From NCBI GenBank assembly GCA_012295275.1, contig CM022668.1, forward strand, positions 12,958,001-13,022,000: a stretch of 64,000 bases of DNA, given 5' to 3'. Below, one piece after another: positions 12,815-25,879 of the stretch. A model generated the notes under the pieces. That model saw only the letters and a list, made by a program, of their open reading frames with translations, was not told where the DNA came from and ran no database searches. The position numbers and the translations under genes are program-made. How positions within the stretch are numbered: position 1 is the stretch's first letter; each line of letters begins with the position of its first letter. This DNA comes from Chrysomallon squamiferum (taxonomy: Eukaryota > Animalia > Mollusca).

Positions 12815-15800
12815 ATCAAAATAAACAGAACATACATAAAGGACTTTATTTAAAAGAAGAAAGAAGAATGTATATACTATGAAGTCCAACAAAACCAATG
12901 CAGTTTCAACAATATTACATTTCTAACAGCATTTATCTAAAATATTGTTAAATAATAGTTATGCATAATAGCTGATGATAGATATTTCTAGATGGATCAT
13001 TTTTATCTCATGAATGATGGATTTCAAGATGACTTTACAAACTTGGTTTTTTAGATGGTTTCTGCAACAAATGACTAGAATGTTACAGGTGGTTGTGGTT
13101 TTTGCAATGATATTTAGAAAGAAAATTTCATTTTGCAACTCTTTAGGTAATTTAAGTCATATGCTGATAGGACCATTGTTGCAATGTTTCATAACCAGCT
13201 GCTGACTAAGGACACAAGTGATAAAGAAAACACACTTGTGAATGTATATAGAAAAAACCCAGAGGAATACAATAAGCAGCAATGTTAATGGGTTTTTTTA
13301 ACTGTTGTCAAAAAAAGATATTTTGTATCAGTAGAAAAACATTCAATCCCAGAAGAAAAAAACTAATTTTTTTTTTAAAGATACATTAAAACCGAACAGA
13401 GATATTGCATTCCACATTCGGAATGTAGAATTATAATGTTTTTTAAAAGGTCAAACTTAAGTCACGAATAAATTTATTTTAAGAGATATCTTTATCAAAT
13501 TTGCATGACATATTTTATAATTTGTTTTTAGAGAATAGATATTTTTCTATTTTCATGTCCACTTCTGCAGACAACCATTCAGAGTTGCTGTTCCTAAGGC
13601 AGATCACAATACTGCTAGTAAAATTATGTTACAGCGATTTGAATTTGAAAAACACTAGCTTTTTGATGACTAGATTATTTTTTCACAGTGGAACAAATTT
13701 CTGTCAGACAACACATATTGATGATTGAAACTGTAAACACACACTTCCACATTTTATGCTGTGTGTAAATTGACACATAGCTTAAGTTAGCTGAAGTATT
13801 CTGATATGACATTTAGAAAGCCTTGTGACATACTGGGTTTTGCCTGTTGTAAACGAGATTCACAAATTCGTAACCAGTTTGTTTGTTCCAAACATTCAGC
13901 TAAATGTTACATATTTCAAATAAATAAAATAGGTCCTAGTTTTGCTAAATGTAGCTGTCCATATACTTGTCAGAATTGCGTAACCCTAATAAAAATCATT
14001 TTACAAAGGAATATAAAACAAAAGAACCGATTTGTTTTTAGCAATTATGTCAATTGAAAACAAGAAATCTACAACTGTAATAGCATGTTTCCAGAATAAT
14101 TCCATTACATCTGTAAGTAAATGTGTTTCAGATGATGGTTCTGATGATAAAACAGACTCAAAAAAAAAAAAAAAAAAAACACAAAAAAATTGAATGAGTT
14201 CAACCAGAGCGTTCATTTTGACAATCCTGGTTATCATATTCTGAATTTCTAAGATATGATAAATTTGGGAATCACATGTATTGCAAAACTGTCGTAAAGT
14301 GGTACCAGTTTAGCAGGTACTACTGATTTTGATTATGGATCTAACAAATTTAAATGTTAAAATATTTGTTTACACAGTGAGTCTGGTCACACAAGATGCT
14401 GTGACAACATTCTAAATTTAACACTGAAGCCACCAGTGCAACAGTCTAGAATTGCAAAACAATTTAATTCTAATTCTATGACTAACAGCCTGTCTTCTAG
14501 TACAAGAAAACCTACTGAATGTGTAGATCAAAGGACATTGTTTCAGAGTAACCATCTTGCCTCACTAGCAGATTATACTTTTAATAATCTACTGAAGAAA
14601 CTCATGTTTGTAGGAAAAAATTCTAATGGCAAACCATATATTAAACATTAATGACTTTAACATTTTCTACACTGCTCGTGGCTGCATTTTGAACATTCCC
14701 TTAAGTAAAACAAACAACACAGGTTGGTGTTTAAAGTTCTTTAGTTGTATTAACACAGGTACTTCATATGTTGCCTGGCAACTAACAGTCTTGACTTGGC
14801 TAGTAGGTATATTCATTCACTAGCCCATTAGTGAGTAAATATAAAGTGCTGCTTTAAGCCCTGTATGGGGTTATTTCAATGGCTATGAAACAATAAATAA
14901 AAAGGTTATTTGTCAAATACAAAACAGAATGTTCCATTTTGATAATTTATTCAGTGTAATTTGTTTTTGAAGATTTTTTTCTAACATTCAGTTGTCTTTT
15001 TTACCTATTTGCTTATTTCACTTTGTTGAATTTTCAACTGCATCTCTATAAGAAATTCCTCTAACAAAATAAAATGATATTTGATCTCATTTTGCTTTTA
15101 AACCCACTGTAAATTATCTTAACTGTTTGAGGTTGGGAATTTGCCATTTCTGATAAAAGTAGCAGAGAGCTTTCCTAAAGGCTGTTAGTATCGATATAAT
15201 TGATACAAGTTCCCAAATGATGATGAAAATTAAATCAGTATCTCGGATGAATTTGCAACCAATAATTTATTGCAAACATCATTACTCAAAGAGGTGAACT
15301 GAAGCATAAATAATATGTATGTGATTTAGGTGGATTATCCAGCTGAACAAACAGAGCAAGTCACAGCCAGTTAATCCCTTTAATTATGGATAAATTTAAT
15401 CATTTTCACACTACTATTCAAAACAGAATTATGCAGGAATATCATTTTCTCTGCAACTTCAAAACTTGTTTAGACAGTTTTGTTTATTCAGACATTTATC
15501 TGCTTAGAATTCATGGTTTCTTTCACGTAAGTCACTTCCTTTAAATAATATATACAACAAATATATATATTATTTTTTTACATGTATATATACATGTCAA
15601 AAAATAAAAAGTGAAAAAGACTACAGTGAAATTGAATGAATGGGGACGAAAACTAATAATTTTTTTTATTAAAAATATGAAACCCTGGTTGCTGAATCCT
15701 GAGCTAGGAAGAGTTAATAAATAGAAACACACACCAGAAAGCAACATTAATTTGAGTTGGAGCACAATGGGTAAAGCTGTGTGCTGTATCAAAAGAATCC

Positions 15801-18800
15801 TACACGTTCTTGGAATGAAGCATCCAACACTGTCCTAAAAGGAAGACAATTTAAGATTTTTTTTGACTAACCACAAATGAAAACAAGTCTTAAATAACTA
15901 TAGACCTACAAGAATCCTGTGGGAAAATATACAATTGCTAGTGCAACATCCTGGCCTAACATATATAAAGAACTGCACAGTTCTCTCAAAACTGGGAAAC
16001 ACAGACTGTTAGTTATTTTGTTGTTGACAATTTCTCAGCCTGGAAGACAGTTAACATTCATGCTGGACCAGTAACAAACATCAACGATTCAGAAATAAGA
16101 GTTATTCTTTCTTTATGCAAAAGAAAGCTGTAAGAAGATTTTTGCTTTTCCAGGTAATGAAAGATCAAGTGAAAGCATCCCTAATTCCTTCTATGGATAA
16201 TTGGGAAAGAAACCTTTCGAATTTTTGAAATGAACATAATAACGTATTTTTGCTCGCTTTATTTTATTTGCTGAGAAAACAAGGTTTCAATAATAAATTT
16301 CAATAATAAATAGAACATGCATAAAGCTACATTGAAAAGATTCTATCAGTACAAATATTTAGTTATTTTTATGTTAAAAAGTTAAAAAAGATGTTATCTT
16401 TGGGTTTGTCATCAGCATTTTTATCAGTTAATGTAATGAGGTAACAATGTTTACTGAGAAAATGTCAATTCTGTCATGGTACTTTTATTGATTAATCATC
16501 AGCTCTTATCCTATTTATCATATTTGCATGTTATTGTAAAACAATCAAGTGATCTAACAAAATCATTCCACAGAAAACACACAGCTTGACATGAAATGAA
16601 TATAAAATGAATAAGTTGGTGATGAAGGAATGATCATTTGTACATTTTTGTCACCAGTTTTGAATTTTTTATTTTCATTTATATTTATCACTGATCCTGT
16701 GACAGTTCAGATTATATAAATAATAATAATAAAATAAATTCTGACAAAACATGTTCCATCTTATTTAATGTTTACTTTATCCATGATACTCAACTGCACC
16801 TAACAACATCGTGTGAAATAAACTGATACTATTTCTTTGTTTTTTAATTTTTTTTTCATTTCACAATTATCACTGAATGAAGGCAAGGCAATGAAAGTGT
16901 CATCAAATTCTATAAATTATATTCAGCATAGTTTATGCATTTTTGTTTTATTATGGTTTTAAACTGTAAAAAGAATAATATGAAATTAAAATTATTTTGA
17001 CAAAATAAAAATATAAGTTGAATCTGCATCCATTTCAGATAACAGATTTCAAATATCTACAAAACACCTGACACAAACTGAGGATAACTTTATGCTGTTT
17101 GACTGCCATCTTGCATTGTTTTTAAAGCCACAGATGAAGAAAAGTTCATCATCAAACTATTTAAAAATAATTTTAAACTGTTAGCTTATTAAAAACAGTT
17201 ATATGTAAATGTGATTTCATGTGCCTTTTTTGGTGCATTTGATACTTCATGCATATACCTAAATGTATCTTTAATAGAACTTTAGAAGGAATGATTTACA
17301 TTTGACAAAAACATTCCACTTCTGATTAATGAAAATTCACATGGACTAATTTTTTGTCTAGTTCTTTATGACCCAGTGTCAACCTTGGAATGGCTACTAC
17401 AAATATAATTTCTGTGTCATCTTCAAAGGAAGAAGTAAGTGTTGTCAGTGCAGTTATTATTTTTATATAAACTGTTATTCAATAAATGGCGGTAAAATTG
17501 AATGTCTGTTACCTTGCTCAGGCATTTTCAGAAAATGAAGTCTGATGATTTTGTTTTTATGTTGCTACATATTTTTGTTTTGAAACAAATAACAATAAAC
17601 ATAAAAAAATAAAATAAAATATGGACACCTGTAAAAATGACAACTACAGAAGGATGACTTCTTCACAACCGTGACAACAGTATTTAAACAGAATCCAATA
17701 TTATGTCAGAAAAATTAAAAATTATTCTATATATATATATATATCCATGCAGCAATGCCATTATTCTGTGGGTTTATTTTTTTCTTTTAAATTAAATAAT
17801 TAGTTTTCTTTTTAATGCATCTTTTTGCTTTATTTTATTATTTTCTTAAAGTATTAATTTTCATAGGTAATTAATACTCATTTCAGAGTATTTTAACTAG
17901 CTAAGTGCATTACACAAAGTGATTAACAAATAAGTTGATGACATTTTAGATTTGTCTTTCTGTTTTCAGTCATACTACAGTAAACCTGTATACAACTGTC
18001 TACTTTGTATTTTAAGATATTCTATCAAAAGGTTGCTTTTGTTGAGTACGTTTTGAATAGAGTTGGAGTTCAGAAAGTATGTGTTTGGAGTAATTTAACA
18101 TCTGAATCCTTTATGTATACTTGGGTTTCTTTTCTTCATGTTACAATTGTGAATCTATCCTGTATTTATCCAGTTTAACTGAGACATATGTGAAAAATAT
18201 TCTGTGTGTGTCTGAGTGTGTGTATATTTTACATATAGTATTTGTTTTGTATAGGAAATGTGGTTGAGGAAAAGCAAAAAAAATTAAATAAATAAAAATA
18301 AAAATAATAATCAACTCGTGTATGTGGAGACATATTAAGCTGTATACAAATTAAATACTTTTTTTTTTGTTTTAAACATTTACATTTCTTATAAATTATT
18401 TTCCTTGACTGACTCGAAGTCAACAATAATTATACAGATTTTCCAGCTGAAGACACGTTTTTTTTTTTTTTTTACAATTAGGTCTAAAATAAGAAATCTA
18501 TCCATTTTTCTCTGGATAAATAAAGACCACCAAATTAAAGAGATAAAAAAGGGAAAAAATACCATATAACAATAATAAAAAATAAAAAAAATAGATAATA
18601 ATAATAATAAAAAAAAATAGATATATTAAAAATAGATAATAATAAAAATATAAAAATATTAAAAATAGATAAATAACAAAAAAAAAATATAAAAAAAAAA
18701 TTAAATAAAATAAAAATAGATAAATAATAATAATAATAAATAAAAATATAAAACTCACCATCATTTTTGTGAGGTGTAGCATGTCCAAACGATGACCTAC

Positions 18801-21800
18801 TTCCTTCACTTTCATGCCGCTGTCTCCTCATTGCTGCTTCGTTAGAAGTGTACGAATGAGAACTGTTTTTCCTAACGTCTGAAAATGAACTATTATCCTT
18901 ATGACTGTTAGAACCGTCTGATATAGAATTATTCCTCTGACCTGTGCTAGTTCTATGTGAGGCATTACAGTTGGGGCTGTCTGTAGGATAAACCATCTTA
19001 TGTCGGTCCAAATGAGATTTGTCAGAATATCTGACAGAGTTTTCTGAATTACTCCGTGAATAACGGCTATCCACTTTGTCCCTATCACTTGTGGAATGTT
19101 TGCACCGGTCTTCCACGGCTAAACAAATGTAAATAAAAGTAAAAATAAATAAAAATAATCATTATTAAATGTGTCAACTATACTTCAGTGGAACAGAACT
19201 AGTTTTTGTTTGGTTTTCTTTTAAATATCAAAATTTCTTTTGAAAATTAAAAACAATTACACAGACACACACAGACGTATATAAAATTAAAATTAAAAAA
19301 ACAAAAATAAATAATATTGGCAATATGCAAAACTGTATGCGAAGGACCAGAAATATTCTTTGGCATCAAGCTATATTAACAAATTCATATAATACTGTGA
19401 CAATTACATTAAATAAATATGTAAAAATGTAAAAGTCTGATAATAATACTTACTTCTACTTGAAGATGAAGGGTGTGAAGATTTATTTGGAGTTCGACTT
19501 TCCTTTGTTCGACTTGTGTCTGGAGTTCGAGGACTATGAAAAAAAAAAACCCCAAAATATAATAAATTAATTTTAAAAATTACATTTCATAAAAATAATA
19601 TTTCATTATTATAACTAAAGAAGTAGATTATAGCCTCAATTCCAAATGGTTTGATAGTCACTGTTTTAGTTTTTATTTAACTAAGTCTTACATTTTCTAG
19701 GATGATGAATAAAACAATTTTCTATACAGTCTAATTATCACTGTATGTTTTTAAAGTAATTTTCTAAAACGTGTTTTACATATTCTCTGTTAATTAATAA
19801 AATACCTTTCTGTACACTCTTTAGGTTTCTCCCATTGTGAGACTTCTGTTTTACAGTTGTAGTAGTATCGCTTTCCTGATGAACTAATATGCTCTGACCA
19901 GTCTCCAAATACCCTGACTGCTGATTTCTGAACCTGAAAATTGATAAATTCCAAAATGTTTAGTAACCTTTTCTTTTCGGTTTCAAAAAGATGTTAAAAA
20001 TTAAATAGTGCCTAAGCACCGACTGTCTTCTACAGGTAAATATTAATTACAAACACAATTACATGGTCATACTGAAAAACTACAAAGCGTTTGAAAAGTA
20101 ATGTATTTCACAACAACAGAACTGATCTATTTCTGTTCTAATATTTGTATTATTCATGTAAAAACCAATATCAAACAAAATTAGGTTAGTAAGACAATTT
20201 TTCAGTGGCAACATTTTCATCAAAAAATAAATAAATAAACAGCAAAGTCACAACATCATGCATCAATAATCTTACATTAGCAAAGATTATGATATAAAAT
20301 AATACTTCAACTCTGTGGTCCTTGTCTCCTCCTCTTTGGTCTTTGGGATCTTTGTTGGTTGATTTGCAGTAACGGTCTTGATGGTTGTGCTGTCCACCAC
20401 CGGTGGCATTTCCTTGACCACTGCTACCACCACGGCTGGACGTGGACACGCTGTATACCTGGTTGTTACTTTTTGTTTCTGACAGACTGACAGCACCTAC
20501 AGCAGCAACAACAACAACAACAGTTCGAGATGTTAATTTTTTTCCACAGTGAAGCCGTTTTGATTATTTCACTAAGATTTGCTAATTGTATTATTTTTTT
20601 TAATTAATGTGTGTCTATGATGATAGAAAAAAATATATTCTAAATGTATTGTACATACTACCAAGTTGTGTTTTATTAAGTTTTTGCTGTCCAGTTTCAG
20701 TTAATAACAAAGTTGTACAGTCAGAAAATATCAGTGCCACACCTTTTTTGTTATAATATCATTAGTACTTCTGTACATTTATAAAAGTAAATATATTTTC
20801 CATTTACGTAACTTCAGTGTATTTTCAGATGTGCTTGGTTCCCTTAAAATGGGGTAATATATTTATTATTTTTAAAATGTTCAAAAGGCTGTTATAAAAT
20901 TTGTTATTGAAAATATCTATTACAATTCATAACCACACATACACCCACGTGAACCATTAACTTGTTATTCCATCCGACAGACATGATGAATCAACATTTC
21001 TGCATTTTAAAGTGCTGCAGTCACACACTCATAAATTTAAATGCATTTTAAACAGAAAAGAACAGTTATACAGAATGTCAAGCTATTTGGAAAACTAAAA
21101 TAATTAAATGTTTAATTTAAAAAAAAGAAAGAAAAGAATTAAAATGATCTACAACCTATGATAAACAAAAACATTACAAGAAATCAGAATATTTCATACA
21201 TTTATAAATCATTAAAATATTAAATGAAAAAAAAAAAAACCCAAAATCCCAACAGATCATTATATAAACTTTGCAGTCAGTAAGTATATATTTACATTAA
21301 ACAAGCCAAGATTAATACAAGTAATAAATTACCTCGCTTTTCTTTATTCCTCTCAATATATGAAGACTTGTTCTGATATCTGGAACTGTTACGGCTGCTA
21401 CTTCCATCGTCACTGGAGCGGTCATCATCTCGATCGAATTTGTTGGTGTATACTCCTCCAAAACTTTTCGATTGGTATGGCATGTTCTAAAAAATATATT
21501 AATTCTACATTCAGCAAGAATACTTTTCAATGCAGAAAGCTTACGAAGGGTAAAACTAATGGCAAGAAATAATTTTGTGGAGTTGTTTCTTTAAACTGTG
21601 TTTAAGGTATTGGAATGTAACAAATTCAAAGTAATTTGACTTACTAGATTGCTGGTATTAGATAACGTAAAAAAATAAGTAATTTTAGAAAATTTCAATA
21701 AATGAAGACAACAAATTAATTGTGCCAAACCTGAAAATAACCTGAAAAAGACATTTTGAAAATTTAGTTGATTTTTGTAAAAATCAGCGAGTTAATACAA

Positions 21801-22305
21801 AAATTGAAATGAAGTTTTTTAAAAATAGTGTTAGAAGTCAGCAGAAGTAATTATGTCATGGAAGTCTATCACAATAATAAATTTTGATGCATTTCATAAT
21901 GGAAATGTAATCATCACTTTGGTTTTGAATACTTAACTAAAATTAACATTTTAGAAGTGTTACATATATTCTACGGGAAAAAAAAAAAAAAAAAAAATGT
22001 TGCAATCCTGTATTGTTTATAAAATGTGAAAAATTATTTATTAATTATTTTTCAACTATTTCATAGGGTGATGCAGCAGTTAAGTGCATTATGTTATTCA
22101 CTTAGAGGAATTAAAAGAAAAAAAAAAGAAGGAAAAAGAATGATAGATTTGTTTTCCATTTGTGCACATAAATTCAAAATATAAAGAAAACATTTTTAAA
22201 AGCACCAGTTCATCATCACAGGCAGTCATGATTCAGAAAACTAATACATAACCATTATTTACACCCTCACCTTTTATCATCCCACTTTTGACTAAGTTCA
22301 TGAAT

Positions 22306-22346
<41 letters not shown>

Positions 22347-24390
22347 TGCGCGCGCATGCGCACAAGTACAAACAGAGAATATGCACACACAAAATCAGAT
22401 AAAGATCATGTAAATTAGGATAATTTAAAGATTACAATATTTTGCTAGGAAAGGATATAATCTGCCATTTATAGATAAAATAAAATCATAGTTTGAATTT
22501 CTTAAACATGATGACATCAGATACAGAAAAGATATGTAATTAACATTCATAATTTCCAAACTAATGAATTGTATTGAACAAAAATTACTTGAAGAACATG
22601 AATGTTGCACACTATGAATCATGTTCAAAATGACAGTTTGAATTTGTGAGCTTCATAAAACAAATATTCAACAATCAGATCATCCAGAGATGAATTATTC
22701 TAGACGTGTATTATTTCTCAAGACAAATAATCATTTGTTATAATTAAAGGTTTATACAAATGTTCTGAAATACTGCATTAACAGATTTACATACTATCAG
22801 AAAGAGTGAAGTGGTTTCCTTTTCCAATTTCCTTACTAGTACTTCAATTTCAGGGAAAATATAAAACCATTACAAAAAAAAATTTGAGTCCCAAACCGGT
22901 ATATCAATGCTAATAAATAAATTTTAGAATCAATTCCCATATTCAATTTCAAATACATAATGTATGATAGCAAATTCTTTTAAAGTTTAGTGTTGTTATT
23001 GTGTGTAATTTTGGAAAATAATAAATGGGGTCTAACAGAACCAAGAGGACAACATTTTCTAGCTCTGTTTTTCTTCTTAATGTCTGCTCAGTGAAAAATA
23101 ATCGGCTTTAAAACAGTTTATATCACTACAATAAATATTTACTGAAAAAAATCCCTTAATCTGAAACACAATGTAGCCCCCACAAGTGTTATTCTTCATT
23201 TCAATTTTTAAACATTTCTGTTTTATAAAATTTATGTTCAAAAGATTTATCTGATGTAACTGATTTTCTAAGTAAAATAAGAAACCAATTTTGGTGTGTG
23301 TGCATGCCTTATGTTTTTTGTCAGGTCTATTCTTTTCTTTTTTTTCAGTCATCATCTTGTTTTTCATCACATGGAATTTATTAATTTAAAAATAATATTA
23401 ATGTATTCTGCTTTTATGTCATTATTATTAATACAAATTGTAGTTTAGATGTGGTAAGATTTTTGTCTTTAAAAATGAAAAATGTTAAATATCTGTTCTT
23501 AATAATTTAAAGAACAGAGTTTGTATTATATATTTAAAATCTACCCCAATGTAAACAACTTATCCATGATATAGCTGAAACCAATTTTACTCACCTTTAC
23601 AAAAAAGAAAAATATTAAAAATTTATAAAGTAAACTGCACATTTCACCCTGATTTACATAACAGCCAGTAACAGAAATTTACTATTAAAATGCCTTCCAT
23701 TTTGTCTATCCATTTTAAGTACGAGCATTTGTGTGTGCGCACAAGCATGTGTGTATGTACATTTGTGTCTGCAAGTGTATGTTATGTACAATAATCTGTA
23801 TGCAATGCTGATTAAAATAATAACACCAAGTTTGTCAGAGCTAATTACCTTTCTTTACCTGATATTTCATCTCATCCACAAAAATAAAGAGCTCTGACAA
23901 CTGTATCAGTGTATGTTTGAAGTTAAAATGTTTGTGTATTTATGTAGGCATATGTAAGCTTCAGTCAGCAAACATACTGTACTGATATATTGATACCAAG
24001 ATATTCCACGATATTATTACCAGCATTGTGCTTTACCATTTTCTTATCTAATGTTTAAATGAAATTCAAAACATGACAACTTATAATTTGTAAAGTTGTC
24101 AATTTTGAATTCATCGTTGCCCTTCCGTTTTGATTCTATTTTCTCCTTGATGATTACCTGGTGCAGATGGGAGTCTTTTCTGTCAGCATACCTAAAAATA
24201 GAAAAACATAACAATATTACTGACTGTATCATTCTTATAAGCTTGCAATTTGAATTTTCCTAAAACTTTTCTCTGTAACAATTTGACAACAAAGATGGCG
24301 GATGGTTACATGAATCTGACATATAGTTATTTGTACAAAAGATCTTTACCCATCATTGAGTCTGGGGTGTTTCCTTGCATGCATTACCAT
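9593..24390 (-). CDS. WAC: WW domain-containing adapter protein with coiled-coil (WAC), whole spliced CDS span, 13 coding exons, 585 aa
   Basis: Exons joined by hand through GT-AG introns with consistent phases give 1758 nt. N-terminus [14 protein letters not shown] (human MVMYARKQQRLSDG), WW domain [28 protein letters not shown]-terminal [28 protein letters not shown]...[21 protein letters not shown] all match WAC. Confidence 0.96.
10047..10174 (-). CDS. WAC: WAC coding exon 12, coiled coil
   Basis: [43 protein letters not shown] matches human ...[30 protein letters not shown] donor. Confidence 0.95.
10911..11085 (-). CDS. WAC: WAC coding exon 11 (...[28 protein letters not shown])
   Basis: Matches human [34 protein letters not shown] acceptor, CAG|GTAAG donor. 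Confidence 0.96.
11551..11788 (-). CDS. WAC: WAC coding exon 10 (polyQ/His-rich)
   Basis: TTTCCAG acceptor, TG|GTGAG donor; 238 nt, phase 1 to 2; [17 protein letters not shown]. Confidence 0.9.
12244..12309 (-). CDS. WAC: WAC coding exon 9 ([22 protein letters not shown])
   Basis: TACAG(CAG) acceptor, A|GTAAGT donor; 66 nt; resembles the human LPALQATLQL helix. Confidence 0.88.
12681..12770 (-). CDS. WAC: WAC coding exon 8 ([20 protein letters not shown]...)
   Basis: Poly-T-TAG acceptor, G|GTGAG donor; 90 nt, phase 1-1. Confidence 0.88.
18759..19118 (-). CDS. WAC: WAC coding exon 7 (Ser/Arg/His-rich)
   Basis: 360-nt open frame [11 protein letters not shown]...PHKND; TTTAG acceptor, G|GTGAG donor; phase 1-1. 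Confidence 0.9.
19454..19533 (-). CDS. WAC: WAC coding exon 6 ([26 protein letters not shown])
   Basis: TTCATAG acceptor, A|GTAAGT donor; 80 nt, phase 2 to 1. Confidence 0.88.
19806..19933 (-). CDS. WAC: WAC coding exon 5, WW domain
   Basis: [42 protein letters not shown], near-identical to the WAC WW domain; TTTTCAG acceptor, AG|GTATT donor. Confidence 0.97.
20306..20496 (-). CDS. WAC: WAC coding exon 4 (Gly/Ser-rich, ...DKDHRVE)
   Basis: CTGTAG acceptor; GAA|GTATTA donor (an in-frame alternative donor lies 6 nt upstream); 191 nt, phase 1 to 0. Confidence 0.85.
21333..21486 (-). CDS. WAC: WAC coding exon 3 (NMPYQSKSF...NKEKR)
   Basis: TTTTTTAG acceptor, G|GTAAT donor; 154 nt, phase 0 to 1. 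Confidence 0.88.
22308..22362. repeat. (TG)n continuing into alternating CG/CA
   Basis: tgtg...tgcgcgtgcgcgcgcatgcgca. Confidence 0.95.
24158..24191 (-). CDS. WAC: WAC coding exon 2 ([11 protein letters not shown])
   Basis: TTTTTAG acceptor, CAG|GTAATC donor; 34 nt restores phase 0. Confidence 0.88.
24350..24390 (-). CDS. WAC: WAC coding exon 1 ([14 protein letters not shown])
   Basis: ATG at 24390; 41 nt; donor GG|GTAAAG, phase 2; conserved WAC N-terminus. Confidence 0.93.
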
Positions 24391-25879
24391 TAATGCTATT
24401 AGAAAAATAGTATTTTGCAATGCAAAGAAACGTTAATTTGATATTTGAAAGCTGTTTTGTAGCAGCCTATACGTCTGCATTCGACCCATTTGACGCCATA
24501 TTACATCCGGGGACCCTGTACTTTCTCCTGAAAAATATTAATTATGTGGGATAAAAATATTTTTTATTTTAAACATAATATTAATAATAGAGATATATAA
24601 GAAGAATTTATTTTAATATAGAATATAAAAAACAATGAATCGAGATGAAAGAAATATCACGTGACCAAACTGCTTTCGTGCATGTGTTCAAGGTTACAAG
24701 ATTGGTCATTAGGTCAACAGACGATGTGAAAAGCTGACACTGTCGGTGGTTTAGTGCATTGAAGAATCATCAAAGCATGCAAACTGAAAAAGAAAGAAAG
24801 AAAAAACGCAGCTACTACAGAAATAATTATATTACAAAACCGAAGTTACTATTATTACTACTACAAAAGTAATTATGATAAAAAAGAGCGATATTAAAAC
24901 TATTTTAGAATAAGTAATTTCAATTAACATAATAATAATAATAATAATTTATTGTATTGTGCTATAACTGACAAGTAAACAAATATAATGTAATTCTGTC
25001 GCAGTATTAAGGACTCGTCATTCATTTTATTAAAACATATATTAAAATAATTTATTATTTCTCTTGTTGTTGTTATTATTAGTAGTTGTTGTTGTAGTAG
25101 AAGAAAAAGTAGTAGTAGCAGTATTTATTTATGTATTTAAAAAAAAAAAAAAATCAGCAACAAGCCCTGTCTTTATTAATTACTAAAAAAAAAAAAAAAA
25201 AAAAATGTTATTATTTTGGTGGGTAGGTTAGATGTTATTTTTTTCCTCCATTAAACTGGTGTGTCAGTATTAGTAATTCCTGCTATATTTTGCCATTTAG
25301 GTCGTCAGAATTCGGTTGTGTATTGTCGTTCAGTCCGGGAATTAGTGCCCCTAGTCAGTTATCTGGAAATTCAGTTCACGAGTCATTAGAACGACAACTT
25401 AGGAAGAATGTATTCTATAACTTAAAAAAATAAAAATAAAATAAAATTAAAATAAATTAAAGAATAAATAAATGAAAATAAAAATAAAAATTAGCAAAAC
25501 AAAACAATAAAAAAATAAAATTAAATAGAGAGATAAAACAAACAAAACAACAACAACAACAACAATAATAATAATAAATAGAAAGACGTAAAACAACAAT
25601 AAACTCATTTCTAAAACAGAATCATTGTATTACAGTAATATTTTTATCCTGCAAAATAAACTGCGTATAAAGAATTTGAAGAAATTAAGAAATACGTGCA
25701 GTTACCGTAAAATATATATGTTTTATTTAGTTTCATTAAATAGAAATATCTTAGTTAATCTCATAATACGCTTACTATTTTTGTTTTCACTTTTATGATA
25801 TTTACAATTTTCTCTGTATTTCTGTTACGAATTAATGTGAACGTGGTATCTTTTGCTCAAATCCTCCCCCCAAACCCCC

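Noticed and set aside
17030-17155. Possible C/D snoRNA in WAC intron 7 (minus-strand ATGATGA...CTGA)
   Set aside because: No convincing terminal stem or recognisable rRNA guide; such boxes arise by chance in AT-rich DNA.
18535-18758. Hydrophobic F/I/Y tail of the 193-aa ORF, resembling a transmembrane segment
   Set aside because: It is read-through into an AT-rich intron past the G|GTGAG donor at 18758.
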